A stretch of 64,000 nucleotides of DNA, taken from NCBI GenBank assembly GCA_016782605.1, contig JADHYE010000001.1, positions 11,128 through 75,127 on the forward strand, given 5' to 3'. Of this stretch, positions 25,654-34,939 are shown in pieces. The DNA comes from Minisyncoccota bacterium. Its GTDB lineage: Bacteria; Patescibacteriota; Minisyncoccia; Minisyncoccales; RBG-13-42-11. The first letter of the stretch is position 1. Each line of letters opens with the position of its first letter. Position numbers and translations under genes: made by a program. The notes below the pieces were generated by a model. That model saw only the letters and a list, made by a program, of their open reading frames with translations, was not told the origin of the DNA and did no database searches.

Positions 25654-27087
25654 CTACCGTGTCAATATAGCTTTGAGAAGCTTATTAACTGTCTGGGGAT
25701 TGGCTTTTCCCTTTGATTTTGCCATAACTTGGCCGACTAAAAACTGAAGGACACTTTCTTTGCCCCCTTGATAATCTTGAACTACTTTTTGGTTTTCAGA
25801 AATTACTTCTTTAATAATCTTCTCAATTTCAGCTTCATCGCTAATTTGAACCAAACCTTCCTCTTGTATAATCTGCGAAGGGTCTTTCCTATTTTTTAAC
25901 ATCTCCTCCAAAACCATCTTTGCTCCCTTGCTTGAAATTTTATCTTCGGGAATGGAAATAATAAATTTAGCAAAAAGCTCCAGTGAAGGCCTATTCGGAA
26001 TATTATTTTTCTTCATTAGTCCTGGTAAGTCAGTAATCAGATAATTAGTAGCTCGCTTAATTGCTTTTACTAATTCCTTTTTTGAAACGGAAGCTTTAAT
26101 TTCTTGAATAACTCCCTCAAAATATTCCCCTAAATTCTTATTGTATACGAAAATATTAACGCTATTTTTATCCAATCCGTATTCTTTTAATAATCTTTCC
26201 TTTCTTTTCTGAGGAAGTTCGGGAATTTCATCTCTAATCTCTTCTATTTCCTTTTTAGTAAAATGCAGAGGCGGTAAGTCGGGCTCTGGAAAATATCGAT
26301 AATCATGAGCTTCTTCTTTCTGCCTTTGACTAAAGGTTACTTCTTTAATATCGTCCCATCCCCTAGTTTCTTGGATAATCTTTTCTCCTTTATTTAATAA
26401 ATCAATCTGCCTTTTAATCTCATAATCAATTGAGTGTTCTACTGACCTGAAAGAATTGAGGTTTTTAATCTCAACTTTTGTCCCCAATTCCTTTCCCTTG
26501 GTTACAGAAATATTCACTTCCACCCTCATCTGTCCCTTTTCCATATCAGCATCAGAAATATCCAAATAATGCACGATTAAATGAAGCTCTTCGGCAAATT
26601 CCTTTGCTTCTTTGGCTGAAGAAATATCAGGTTCTGTCACTAACTCCATCAAAGGAATGCCGGCTCTGTTAAAATCAACCAGAGAATAATCAGCTCCTTG
26701 AGGATGTAAAAGCTTACCCGTATCTTCTTCCAGATGAATCCTTCTGATTTTTATTTTTTTCCCCCCAATTTCTAAAAATCCTTCTTTACAGAAAGGCTGA
26801 TGCCATTGAGAGATCTGATAACCCTTTGGTAAATCAGGATAAAAATAACTTTTTCGCTCAAATTTTGAATATTCGGCAATCTGACAGTTTAAAGCTAAAC
26901 CAGTCTTTATCACCTTTTTTACAGCTTCCTCGTTAATGACCGGCAAAGTACCAGGATGACCCATACAAACAGGACAAACATTAACATTGGGCTGTTTTTC
27001 ATCTGGATCATTTAAACAACCACAAAACATCTTAGTTTTGGTTTTTAATTCAATGTGTATTTCAAGACCGATTGTCGGCTTATACAT
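25654..27087 (-). CDS. gatB: Asp/Glu-tRNA amidotransferase subunit B
   Basis: GatB N-terminus YKPTIGLEIHIEL; start moved to MYKPT (27085-27087) to remove the overlap with deoC. Confidence 0.9.
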   Translation of the reverse strand: MYKPTIGLEIHIELKTKTKMFCGCLNDPDEKQPNVNVCPVCMGHPGTLPVINEEAVKKVIKTGLALNCQIAEYSKFERKSYFYPDLPKGYQISQWHQPFCKEGFLEIGGKKIKIRRIHLEEDTGKLLHPQGADYSLVDFNRAGIPLMELVTEPDISSAKEAKEFAEELHLIVHYLDISDADMEKGQMRVEVNISVTKGKELGTKVEIKNLNSFRSVEHSIDYEIKRQIDLLNKGEKIIQETRGWDDIKEVTFSQRQKEEAHDYRYFPEPDLPPLHFTKKEIEEIRDEIPELPQKRKERLLKEYGLDKNSVNIFVYNKNLGEYFEGVIQEIKASVSKKELVKAIKRATNYLITDLPGLMKKNNIPNRPSLELFAKFIISIPEDKISSKGAKMVLEEMLKNRKDPSQIIQEEGLVQISDEAEIEKIIKEVISENQKVVQDYQGGKESVLQFLVGQVMAKSKGKANPQTVNKLLKAILTR

Positions 27088-27091
27088 AGAT

Positions 27092-27790
27092 TTACTCAGT
27101 TTTTCTCCAATCTTCTTTGGCTGAAATATCTTTTCCTTTTTCTTCATTAACTATTTCCACTCCGGAACTAGTGCCGATAATATCAGCTCCAGCTTTAATC
27201 ATCATTTCCAAATCAGCAAGAGTCCTAATAAAGCCTGCTACTTTAACCAGTATGCCGGGAGCTGATTCGCGCATTATCCTGACGTGCTTTGCTTTTTCAG
27301 CTAGTTCTGAATGGTCTAAAGGATCTTCAACCGTGGCTGTCTTAACACAAATTGCCCTAGCTTCCTTGACAATCTCTGAAGCTTTTTTAATTTCCTCGTC
27401 AGTCAAATAGCCAGAGCCGATTATCACTTTTGTCGGCAAAACAGCACAAATCTCTTTCAAATCAGACAAAACCTCGTCATATTTACCGTTCTTGAAATCA
27501 TCTATCTTCATTACCACGTCAACCTCGTCAGACCAATCTTCTTTAGCTCTCAAAACCTTTTTCATCCTGATTTCATGAGGGCTGGCTCCTGTTGGCTCAT
27601 CAATCAAAGTGGTAACCTTAACATCGCTGTCTAACAATGATTCTTTGGCTAATTTGGTGTGTTCTGGATAAACGCAAAGTCCCCGGAAACCGTATTCTCT
27701 TGTTTCCTGGCAAACCTTCTTAATCTCCTGTTCTAAAGCTCCTTTTTTAAGAAATGTCTGGTCTATTAATTTAGCTGTGTTTGGCTGCAT
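27092..27790 (-). CDS. deoC: deoxyribose-phosphate aldolase-like (DeoC family)
   Basis: 232 aa; N-terminus LIDQTFLKKGALEQEIKKVCQETREYGF resembles DeoC; TIM-barrel aldolase signature. Confidence 0.6.
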   Translation of the reverse strand: MQPNTAKLIDQTFLKKGALEQEIKKVCQETREYGFRGLCVYPEHTKLAKESLLDSDVKVTTLIDEPTGASPHEIRMKKVLRAKEDWSDEVDVVMKIDDFKNGKYDEVLSDLKEICAVLPTKVIIGSGYLTDEEIKKASEIVKEARAICVKTATVEDPLDHSELAEKAKHVRIMRESAPGILVKVAGFIRTLADLEMMIKAGADIIGTSSGVEIVNEEKGKDISAKEDWRKTE

Positions 27791-28565
27791 AATAAACGTT
27801 TTTTAATAATAAGGCGACTGTTAAGGGGCCCAAGCCTCCTGGCACTGGTGTTAAAAAATCAGCTTTGCCAGCTACGCTTTTTCTGTCCACATCCCCTACT
27901 ACTTTTTTATTCTTCAAAACAACAATGCCTCCATCAATCAAAACAACACCTTTTTTAATCATATCCCCTTTTATATAATTAGGAAATCCACAAGCTGAAA
28001 TAACAATATCAGCTGATTTAATCTCAGGGCTTTTCCTGTTTTTAAGATAACTAATTTTAATTCTCTCTTTTATAAGAGAAGATTTTAGAACATTGCCGAA
28101 AAAATCAGAATTAACCAAAGCAATAATCTTTTTACCTTTAAGGTTTTTGGATGAATCTTTTAAGGCGATAAGAATGGCCGAAATCAAAGGAGAAGAAAAA
28201 TGTGTTTTCTTCTGGAAACCGTCAACATCTTTGTGAAAATCTATCTTTTCTGTAATCTTCCTTGCTTTTAACTTAGAGGGTAATGGCAATTGGACAATGA
28301 TTCCTGCAACGTCTTTATCTTTATTCAATGCTTCAATCTGCCGCACAATCTCTTTTTCCTTAACTTTGCTGTTAAATTTAGAATAGAGAATTCCAATACC
28401 CACTTCTTCAGCCGCCCTTTTTTTGTTCCTAATAAAAAGCTCTGAAGCAGGATCTTTTCCGACTGAAATTACCGCCAGCTTTAATTTCATTCTTTCTTTC
28501 CTGATTCTTTTTTTCAAATCCGACAAGATTTTATCCGCTTTCTTTTTACCATCGAAAATTATCAT
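27771..28565 (-). CDS. folD: methylenetetrahydrofolate dehydrogenase/cyclohydrolase
   Basis: 264 aa; C-terminal TPVPGGLGPLTVALLL. Confidence 0.85.
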   Translation of the reverse strand: MIIFDGKKKADKILSDLKKRIRKERMKLKLAVISVGKDPASELFIRNKKRAAEEVGIGILYSKFNSKVKEKEIVRQIEALNKDKDVAGIIVQLPLPSKLKARKITEKIDFHKDVDGFQKKTHFSSPLISAILIALKDSSKNLKGKKIIALVNSDFFGNVLKSSLIKERIKISYLKNRKSPEIKSADIVISACGFPNYIKGDMIKKGVVLIDGGIVVLKNKKVVGDVDRKSVAGKADFLTPVPGGLGPLTVALLLKNVYYAAKHS

Positions 28566-28597
28566 AAATTGAAGATTTATTAAAATCTTAGATGAGT

Positions 28598-29872
28598 TTA
28601 AAATTTGAACTCATCGTAAATGGGAAACTTCTTGGTTATTCTTTCCACCTCGCTCTTAATCAAATTTTTAATTTTCCGGCTATCAATATTTTTAATAAGC
28701 TTGACGATAAGGCGAGTAATCTCCCTTGATTCTTTCTCTTCCAAGCCCCTAGTGGTGATTGCCGGCGTTCCCAACCTAATACCCGAAGGAAAATAAGGAG
28801 GTTTTTTATCAAAAGGAATGGCGCTTCTGTTAACGTAAATGCCAACCTTATCCAATTCGTTCTGAATTTCCTTCGAGCCAACGCTAAAAGGAGAAACGTC
28901 TATTACCATCAAATGATTATCTGTTCCCCCGCTGATTACCCTGATTCCCTGCTTCTGGAATTCATCAGCCATGGCTTTGGCATTCAGAATAATCTGTTTT
29001 TGGTACTTCCTAAAAGAGGGTTTCATTGCTTCCAAAAAGCAAACAGCTTTAGCAGCAATAACATGTTCCATCGGCCCACCCTGGATACCAGGAAAAACAG
29101 CTTTGTCGATTTTTTGCGCTAAATTTAATTTGCTCTTAAGATTAAATCTGTCTTTAATTTTGCAAAGAATCAGTCCTCCGCGAGGGCCCCTAAGAGTTTT
29201 ATGAGTAGTCGTTGTCACGATATCGCACCAGGGGAAAGGATTGGGATGAACACCAGCAATAACCAAACCGGCGATATGAGCGATATCAGCCATTAAATAT
29301 GCTTTAGCTTTATCAGCAATCTTCCTGAACGCTTTAAAATCAAGAGTTCTTGAATATGAGGTTGTGCTGACAATGATTAATTTCGGCTTGAACTTTAAAG
29401 CTATTTTTTTCACTTCTTTCAAATCAATCTTTTCCGTTTCCCGATCAACCCCGTAATGGGAAAAATTATACAATTTTCCGGAAAAATTAACCGGCGAGCC
29501 GTGCGTCAGATGACCACCAGCCGACAAATCAATGCCCAGTACTCTATCCTTATAGTCCAACAACGCTAAATAAACGGCTGCATTCGCCTGGGAACCAGAA
29601 TGGGGCTGAACATTGGCATGTTCTGCCCCAAACAACTTCTTGGCCCTTTCTATGGCTGTCTGTTCAACCTCATCAATGAATTCATTGCCGCTGTAATACC
29701 TTTTATATGGATAACCTTCAGAATATTTATTGCTCAAAGGCGTGCCCATAACAGACAAGACCTCAGGACTGGCGTAATTTTCCGAGGGAATCAAAACAAG
29801 GCCCTGTTTCTGGCGCAAAATCTCCTTTTTAACCAAGTTATATATTTTAGAATCTGATTTTAAAAGCTTCAT
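28598..29872 (-). CDS. glyA: serine hydroxymethyltransferase
   Basis: 424 aa; PLP-lysine motif TTTTHKTLRGPRGG. Confidence 0.9.
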   Translation of the reverse strand: MKLLKSDSKIYNLVKKEILRQKQGLVLIPSENYASPEVLSVMGTPLSNKYSEGYPYKRYYSGNEFIDEVEQTAIERAKKLFGAEHANVQPHSGSQANAAVYLALLDYKDRVLGIDLSAGGHLTHGSPVNFSGKLYNFSHYGVDRETEKIDLKEVKKIALKFKPKLIIVSTTSYSRTLDFKAFRKIADKAKAYLMADIAHIAGLVIAGVHPNPFPWCDIVTTTTHKTLRGPRGGLILCKIKDRFNLKSKLNLAQKIDKAVFPGIQGGPMEHVIAAKAVCFLEAMKPSFRKYQKQIILNAKAMADEFQKQGIRVISGGTDNHLMVIDVSPFSVGSKEIQNELDKVGIYVNRSAIPFDKKPPYFPSGIRLGTPAITTRGLEEKESREITRLIVKLIKNIDSRKIKNLIKSEVERITKKFPIYDEFKF

Positions 29873-29889
29873 TTCACTTCCCTAATTTT

Positions 29890-30408
29890 TTAAGATTTTT
29901 CTCGAATTTTTCTTTCCAAGGTTACAAAGTTATATTTATAAGAATTATCTTTATCAGGGTTATTTTCAATTCTTCCAATTTCTATCCAATCATTCCAATC
30001 AAATTCTGGGAAATAAGCATCAGCTTCGAACTCTCCCTCAATTAAAGTTAGATACATTCTATCGGCTAATAGTAAAAATTGACGATAAATTGACACTCCG
30101 CCACAAATCATTACCTCATCAAAATTTTTGGCAGCTTCTAACGCCCCTTCTATTGAATGAGTAACTAAGCAATCAGGTGGAATAAAATTTTTATCCAAAG
30201 TTAAAATAATATTAGTCCGCCCTGGTAACGGCTTACCGATGGATTCAAAAGTTTTTTGCCCCATAATTACTGGTTTCCCCATAGTCAGTTGACGAAAATG
30301 TTTCATATCGGCCGGCAAATTCCAAGGCAACTTATTTTTGATACCAACTACCCAATTATTACCTACGGCTGCAATTATTGAAATTAGACACTTGTCCTTT
30401 TTTTTCAT
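29890..30408 (-). CDS. folA: dihydrofolate reductase
   Basis: 172 aa; ISIIAAVGNNWVVGIKNKLPW.. Confidence 0.85.
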   Translation of the reverse strand: MKKKDKCLISIIAAVGNNWVVGIKNKLPWNLPADMKHFRQLTMGKPVIMGQKTFESIGKPLPGRTNIILTLDKNFIPPDCLVTHSIEGALEAAKNFDEVMICGGVSIYRQFLLLADRMYLTLIEGEFEADAYFPEFDWNDWIEIGRIENNPDKDNSYKYNFVTLERKIREKS

Positions 30409-30487
30409 TATATGATATTATATCCTAAGGTTAGAAAATATACAACGTTAAAAATCTTATTTTTTAAATTTAGATTAAATTCTTATT

Positions 30488-31030
30488 ATGAATAAAAAAC
30501 ACAAATGCATTATATTAAACTATTCAGAGCTTAAAAGGGTTGTTGATGCCCACAAAACTTTAGAGCATAAAATTATCTGCACTGTTGGTTCCTGGGATAT
30601 GCTTCATATAGGGCACTTGCGTTATCTTATTAAAGCGAAGGGACAAGGCGATGTGCTCGTTGTAGGAGTGGATAATGATAGGGGAATAAAGTTGTATAAA
30701 AAGAATGAGTTGAGACCTGTTATCCCCCAAGAAGAAAGAATGGAAATGCTTAGTTATCAAGACTGTGTTGACTACGTTACCTTGATAGAGGATATAGATG
30801 ATAACGGCGAATGGCAGTATGAATTAATAAAGACAATAAAACCCCATCTTTTTGTCACAACCACGGACAGCTACCCAGAAGAACAAATTAAAGATATTGG
30901 GCTACACGTTGATAATGTTTTAATTTTGCCAAGACAGGCAGAAAACACTTCGACTACACAAATTATAGAAAGAATGATAAAAAAACATTTAGAAGTAATG
31001 CTCTCTAATATAACAAAGAAAGGAAAATGA
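30488..31030 (+). CDS. cytidylyltransferase-superfamily nucleotidyltransferase (RfaE domain II / HldE C-terminal-like)
   Basis: 180 aa; GSWDMLHIGH HxGH motif and LVVGVDND segment. Confidence 0.6.
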   Translation: MNKKHKCIILNYSELKRVVDAHKTLEHKIICTVGSWDMLHIGHLRYLIKAKGQGDVLVVGVDNDRGIKLYKKNELRPVIPQEERMEMLSYQDCVDYVTLIEDIDDNGEWQYELIKTIKPHLFVTTTDSYPEEQIKDIGLHVDNVLILPRQAENTSTTQIIERMIKKHLEVMLSNITKKGK

Positions 31031-31467
31031 AAAAGTTTGTTAATATAAAAAATGCAAGACGCGGAGAATATCGAAAAGTAATAAAGGAAATAGCCCTAAA
31101 GGGCGAATGTCCTTTCTGCCCAGAAAATTTCAAATATCACAAAAAACCAATCTTCAAACGAAAGGAAGATTGGTTTTTAACAAATGATAGCTGGCCCTAT
31201 AAAAATACCAGTTGCCATCTTATTATCTTGGGGAAAAAACATAAAGAAAAATTTCAAGAATTAACAAAAAAAGATTTAGAATCTGTAGCTTACTTAACTC
31301 GCTGGGCAATTAAAAAATACAAAATTAAAGGAGGTGGATTGGCGATAAGATTTGGCAATACGGATTTTACTGGAGCTTCCGTTACTCATATTCACTTCCA
31401 CTTAATTTCACCAAAAATAGATAAAAAAACAAAATACGCAAAAACAGTGAATTTTCCTATAGGATAA
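31027..31467 (+). CDS. HIT-superfamily protein (GalT-like branch) with CPFC zinc-site-like motif
   Basis: 146 aa; HIHFHLI histidine-triad; ECPFCPENF; 4-bp overlap with the upstream nucleotidyltransferase. Confidence 0.55.
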   Translation: MKKFVNIKNARRGEYRKVIKEIALKGECPFCPENFKYHKKPIFKRKEDWFLTNDSWPYKNTSCHLIILGKKHKEKFQELTKKDLESVAYLTRWAIKKYKIKGGGLAIRFGNTDFTGASVTHIHFHLISPKIDKKTKYAKTVNFPIG

Positions 31468-31469
31468 AT

Positions 31470-32291
31470 TCAAACAGCTATCTCCCCTTTAATCGGTGGA
31501 TAAGGATTATATCCCTCAAGTTGAAAATTTTCATAATCAAAATCAAAGATGTTTTTTATTTTAGGGTTAAGAATCATTTTAGGTAAAGGTCTGGGTTCGC
31601 GGGTTAATTGAAGTTTAACTTGTTCAATATGGTTGAGATAAAGATGGGTGTCAGATAAGGTATGCACAAATTCATAGGCTTTTAATCCAGTAACCTGTGC
31701 CATCATCATCAACAATAAAGAATAAGAAGCGATATTAAAGGGGATACCAAGGAAAACGTCGCAGCTCCGCTGAAAAAGATGCAAAGATAATTTTCCCTGT
31801 ACGTGAAAAAATTTAAAAAAACAGTGGCAAGGAGCAACAAAAACTTTATCAACATCTTCCGGATCCCAAGAGGTAACAACTAAACGTCGGGAATCAGGAA
31901 AATTTTTAAGCTCTTCAATAACATTTGATATTTGGTCAATTACTCTACCGTCTCGAGTTTTCCAACAACGCCATTTCTCGCCGTAAATCGGACCCAGTTC
32001 ACCAGGAGGCAAATTATACTTAGCCGTAGCCTCTGGCATTGCCCACTCATCCCAAATTGTCACTCCATGGTCTTGCAAATACTTTACATTGGTATCTCCT
32101 CGTAAAAACCATAATAATTCATAAATAATTGATTTTAAGGACATCTTTTTTGTGGTAAGTAAAGGGAAACCATCATCCATTTTAAATCGCATCTGATAAC
32201 CACAAACAGCAATATTCCCTATGCCTTGTGGGTCGTTTTTTCTTTCTCCATTTTCTAAAACATATTTTAATAAATCTAAATACTGCTTCAT
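31470..32291 (-). CDS. thyA: thymidylate synthase
   Basis: 273 aa; active-site PCH region [10 protein letters not shown]. Confidence 0.9.
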   Translation of the reverse strand: MKQYLDLLKYVLENGERKNDPQGIGNIAVCGYQMRFKMDDGFPLLTTKKMSLKSIIYELLWFLRGDTNVKYLQDHGVTIWDEWAMPEATAKYNLPPGELGPIYGEKWRCWKTRDGRVIDQISNVIEELKNFPDSRRLVVTSWDPEDVDKVFVAPCHCFFKFFHVQGKLSLHLFQRSCDVFLGIPFNIASYSLLLMMMAQVTGLKAYEFVHTLSDTHLYLNHIEQVKLQLTREPRPLPKMILNPKIKNIFDFDYENFQLEGYNPYPPIKGEIAV

Positions 32292-32297
32292 GATTTT

Positions 32298-33149
32298 TTA
32301 TTGTAAAAGATTTTGAGGAATATGTATAATTTCGACCCCAGCTGCCTCTAAGGTTTTTCTCCCATCAAGATTTGAAGCTCCTTCAGAAAAATAGACTTCC
32401 TTAATCCCAGCCCAAGCAATAAGTTTTGCACACAATGAACAGGGAAAATGAGTAAGATAAAGAAATAAACCCTCTAATTTAATTCCGTTTTTAGCGGATT
32501 CGGAAATAAGTTTTTGCTCGGCATGAATAGTTGGAGAAAAATCTTGTTTCTCCCCGGCTTGAAAAAAATCTCTTACTGAGCCAACCTGATAAGGAGTACT
32601 ATCGTTTGGTACCCCTTGGTTATAAGAACGAGCTATTATTTTTTTATTCTTTAGCAAGACCGCTCCAATTTGACGCCACCAATCACTACTTTTTTGAGCT
32701 TCTTTATAAGCTTCTTTCATTATTTCTATGTCAAAATTATCCGTCGAAACCTTAATATCGTCTATCGGTAAATCGGCCACAACTTTTTCCTTATCCCATC
32801 GAAGAAAAACTGATTCCCATTCTATGTTTTCTCCTTTTAAATATTTTTCTTCCAAATTTCGGGAAATTTCGTCTTGGATAAGAATGATTTCTTTGCCCTT
32901 CAGCTCTCCAATGCTGTTTTTGGAAAGAATTGAAACATTTTTAAAATCGAATTTTTCTAATAAATCCTTCACTGTATTTACATCTAAAGAAGCAATATCC
33001 TGTTTAATATCAGAAAGTTCTTTTTGAAAAGTTTCATCAATGATATATATATTAGAAATTCTATCTAATTTTTTTTTAAAAAAATCTAAATAACCCTTAT
33101 GGATTACAGGAATATGAATAATGAGATTTTTATTTCTCATAAAATACAA
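32298..33149 (-). CDS. dCMP/cytidine deaminase-domain protein with about 140-aa N-terminal domain of unknown function
   Basis: 283 aa; zinc motifs HAEQ and PCSLCAKLI in the C-terminal half. Confidence 0.7.
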   Translation of the reverse strand: MYFMRNKNLIIHIPVIHKGYLDFFKKKLDRISNIYIIDETFQKELSDIKQDIASLDVNTVKDLLEKFDFKNVSILSKNSIGELKGKEIILIQDEISRNLEEKYLKGENIEWESVFLRWDKEKVVADLPIDDIKVSTDNFDIEIMKEAYKEAQKSSDWWRQIGAVLLKNKKIIARSYNQGVPNDSTPYQVGSVRDFFQAGEKQDFSPTIHAEQKLISESAKNGIKLEGLFLYLTHFPCSLCAKLIAWAGIKEVYFSEGASNLDGRKTLEAAGVEIIHIPQNLLQ

Positions 33150-33152
33150 GTA

Positions 33153-33575
33153 TCACTCAATGGTAATGCCCATGTTCTTAGCCGTACCCTCAATTATTTT
33201 CATTGCCTGTTCGATGTCATCTGCGTTCAAATCAGGCATCTTTTTCAAAGCTATTTCTTTCAATTGTGCCCTTGAAATCTTGGCCACTTTAGTTTTATTG
33301 GGAGTGCCAGAGCCCTTTTCAATGCCAGCTGCTTTTTTCAATAATTCGGAAGCTGGCGGCTGCTTCAAGATAAAAGTATAGGTTCTGTCCTCAAAAACCG
33401 TGATTTCAACCGGAATAACGAAACCCTGGTTGTTTTTGGTCGCATCGTTGAACCTCTGGCAGAACTCGGATATGTTCACTCCGTATTGAGCCAAAACAGG
33501 ACCGACCGGAGGAGCCGGAGTCGCCAGAGCTGCTTTAATTTGAAGTTTTACGATTGCTTTTACTTTTTTTGCCAT
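33153..33575 (-). CDS. rplK: 50S ribosomal protein L11
   Basis: 140 aa; L11 N-terminus [34 protein letters not shown]. Confidence 0.9.
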   Translation of the reverse strand: MAKKVKAIVKLQIKAALATPAPPVGPVLAQYGVNISEFCQRFNDATKNNQGFVIPVEITVFEDRTYTFILKQPPASELLKKAAGIEKGSGTPNKTKVAKISRAQLKEIALKKMPDLNADDIEQAMKIIEGTAKNMGITIE

Positions 33576-34031
33576 AGTGGTAATACCTAATTAAGTCGCG
33601 GCTCGCGCATATTATATATTAATATATTGCCTTCGGCGAATGTGCTACTGCCGCTCTTTAGAAGACGAACGCAGTGAGGCGGGAAAAAAGATTTATCTCT
33701 TTGACCACTCTCGGTGCTCAATGAAGCTAAAGCTTCATTTCGGTCTGCGCTTCCGTGAACGGAAGCTTGCCTTCTAACGTTTTCCACCTCATCGGCGGAA
33801 ATCCTGTTTTCCTATACGGAAGAACCTGATGGTTCTTCCGACCCATCTCCGATATGGGATACTATTACGTTAATTATTAATTGTTCAAGCGAGGCAACAA
33901 GTTTTAAAGTAGCTCTCGGAAGCCTATTTGCATGGTTCGCCGGAAGCGAAAATAGGCTGAGAGCGCAACTCCCAAAATCTCGCAGGGATTTTGAGAAGCG
34001 GTACTTTCAAAACTTAGTTGCCGAGCACCCC
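33576..34031 (-). promoter_or_regulatory. 456-nt rplK leader built from modules shared with the rplJ and rpsK leaders
   Basis: 33651-33739 is near-identical to 3639-3727; 33820-33870 (GGAAGAACC..GGTTCTTCC and CCCATATCGGAGATGGG hairpins) is shared with 57721-57790; the approximately 30 nt before the ATG are shared by all three. Confidence 0.5.
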
Positions 34032-34577
34032 TTATAGTTTCTTTATCTGTAAAGAATCCAGTTCAACGGGAGTATCTCTGCCAAACATATTAACCAATAC
34101 CTTTACCTTTCCCCTCTCCTGGTCAACCTCTGAAACCTTTCCGTCAAAATCCTTGAATGGGCCGTCAATAATTTTAACCAAATCCCCTGGCTTGGCTTCT
34201 ATCTTGAAATGCGGCTCATCTCCGGCAATACGCTTCTTTAAAGTTTCAATCTCTTCTACGGAAACTGGCACTGGTGTTGTGCCTGCTCCGACAAAACCAG
34301 TAACATTAGGCGTGTTTCTAACCACGTACCAGGAATCATCGGTCACGATCATTTCCACCAAAACGTAGCCAGGATAAATCTTTTCTTCTATCGTTTTTCT
34401 TTTGCCGTTCTTAATCTTAATCTTTTTCTCTTTGGGAACGATGACGTTGAATATCTTGTCTTCCATGCCCAAAGATTCAACCCTTTGCTTTAAAGCTTTG
34501 GCCACAGCGTCCTCATACCCGGAATAAGTATGGAGAACATACCAATTTTTTTCTGTGCTGATTTGCTGTTTTGGCAT
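34032..34577 (-). CDS. nusG: transcription termination/antitermination factor NusG
   Basis: 181 aa; NGN domain KNWYVLHTYSGYE; KOW motif. Confidence 0.9.
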   Translation of the reverse strand: MPKQQISTEKNWYVLHTYSGYEDAVAKALKQRVESLGMEDKIFNVIVPKEKKIKIKNGKRKTIEEKIYPGYVLVEMIVTDDSWYVVRNTPNVTGFVGAGTTPVPVSVEEIETLKKRIAGDEPHFKIEAKPGDLVKIIDGPFKDFDGKVSEVDQERGKVKVLVNMFGRDTPVELDSLQIKKL

Positions 34578-34582
34578 ATAAT

Positions 34583-34777
34583 TTAAAAAACAAACTTCTC
34601 CAGCAAAGTGGTAAACAAAACGTCAAGCCCTCCCAAATAGGCAGCGACAACCGCTGAAACACCGACCACAATCAAAGTGTATCTTATGGTCGTTTCTCTG
34701 GTCGGCCAATTAACCTTCCTCATCTCCAATCTTACTTCTTTTAAAAAAGTAATAAGTTTATTAATAATTTTTCCCAT
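34583..34777 (-). CDS. secE: preprotein translocase subunit SecE
   Basis: single TM helix; start taken at the ATG for MGKIINK; the track's GTG-extended version runs through the 5' hairpin. Confidence 0.75.
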   Translation of the reverse strand: MGKIINKLITFLKEVRLEMRKVNWPTRETTIRYTLIVVGVSAVVAAYLGGLDVLFTTLLEKFVF

Positions 34778-34796
34778 GTTTTTGAGTCTAAAAAAC

Positions 34797-34845
34797 GGCC
34801 TAACGGCCACAAGTTAAACTTAGCCGAAAACAAACTAGATGTCAA
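34797..34845 (-). promoter_or_regulatory. secE promoter (TTGACA-N17-TAAGTT) followed by a 5'-proximal hairpin plus U6
   Basis: minus strand reads TTGACAtctagtttgttttcggcTAAGTT, then GGCCGTTAGGCCGTTTTTT, then 12 nt to the ATG. Confidence 0.45.
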
Positions 34846-34930
34846 CCCCGCACCACTTTGCAGAAGAAATCTTCTTTTTAATATTTTGAAACAACTAATG
34901 AGATTTAAGTTGCATCAAAGTGGTGCGGGG
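34846..34930. repeat. 15-bp perfect GC-rich inverted repeat (CCCCGCACCACTTTG) with a 55-nt spacer between gyrB and secE
   Basis: arms at 34846-34860 and 34916-34930; one arm lies next to the secE -35. Confidence 0.6.
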
Positions 34931-34939
34931 TCAAGGTTT

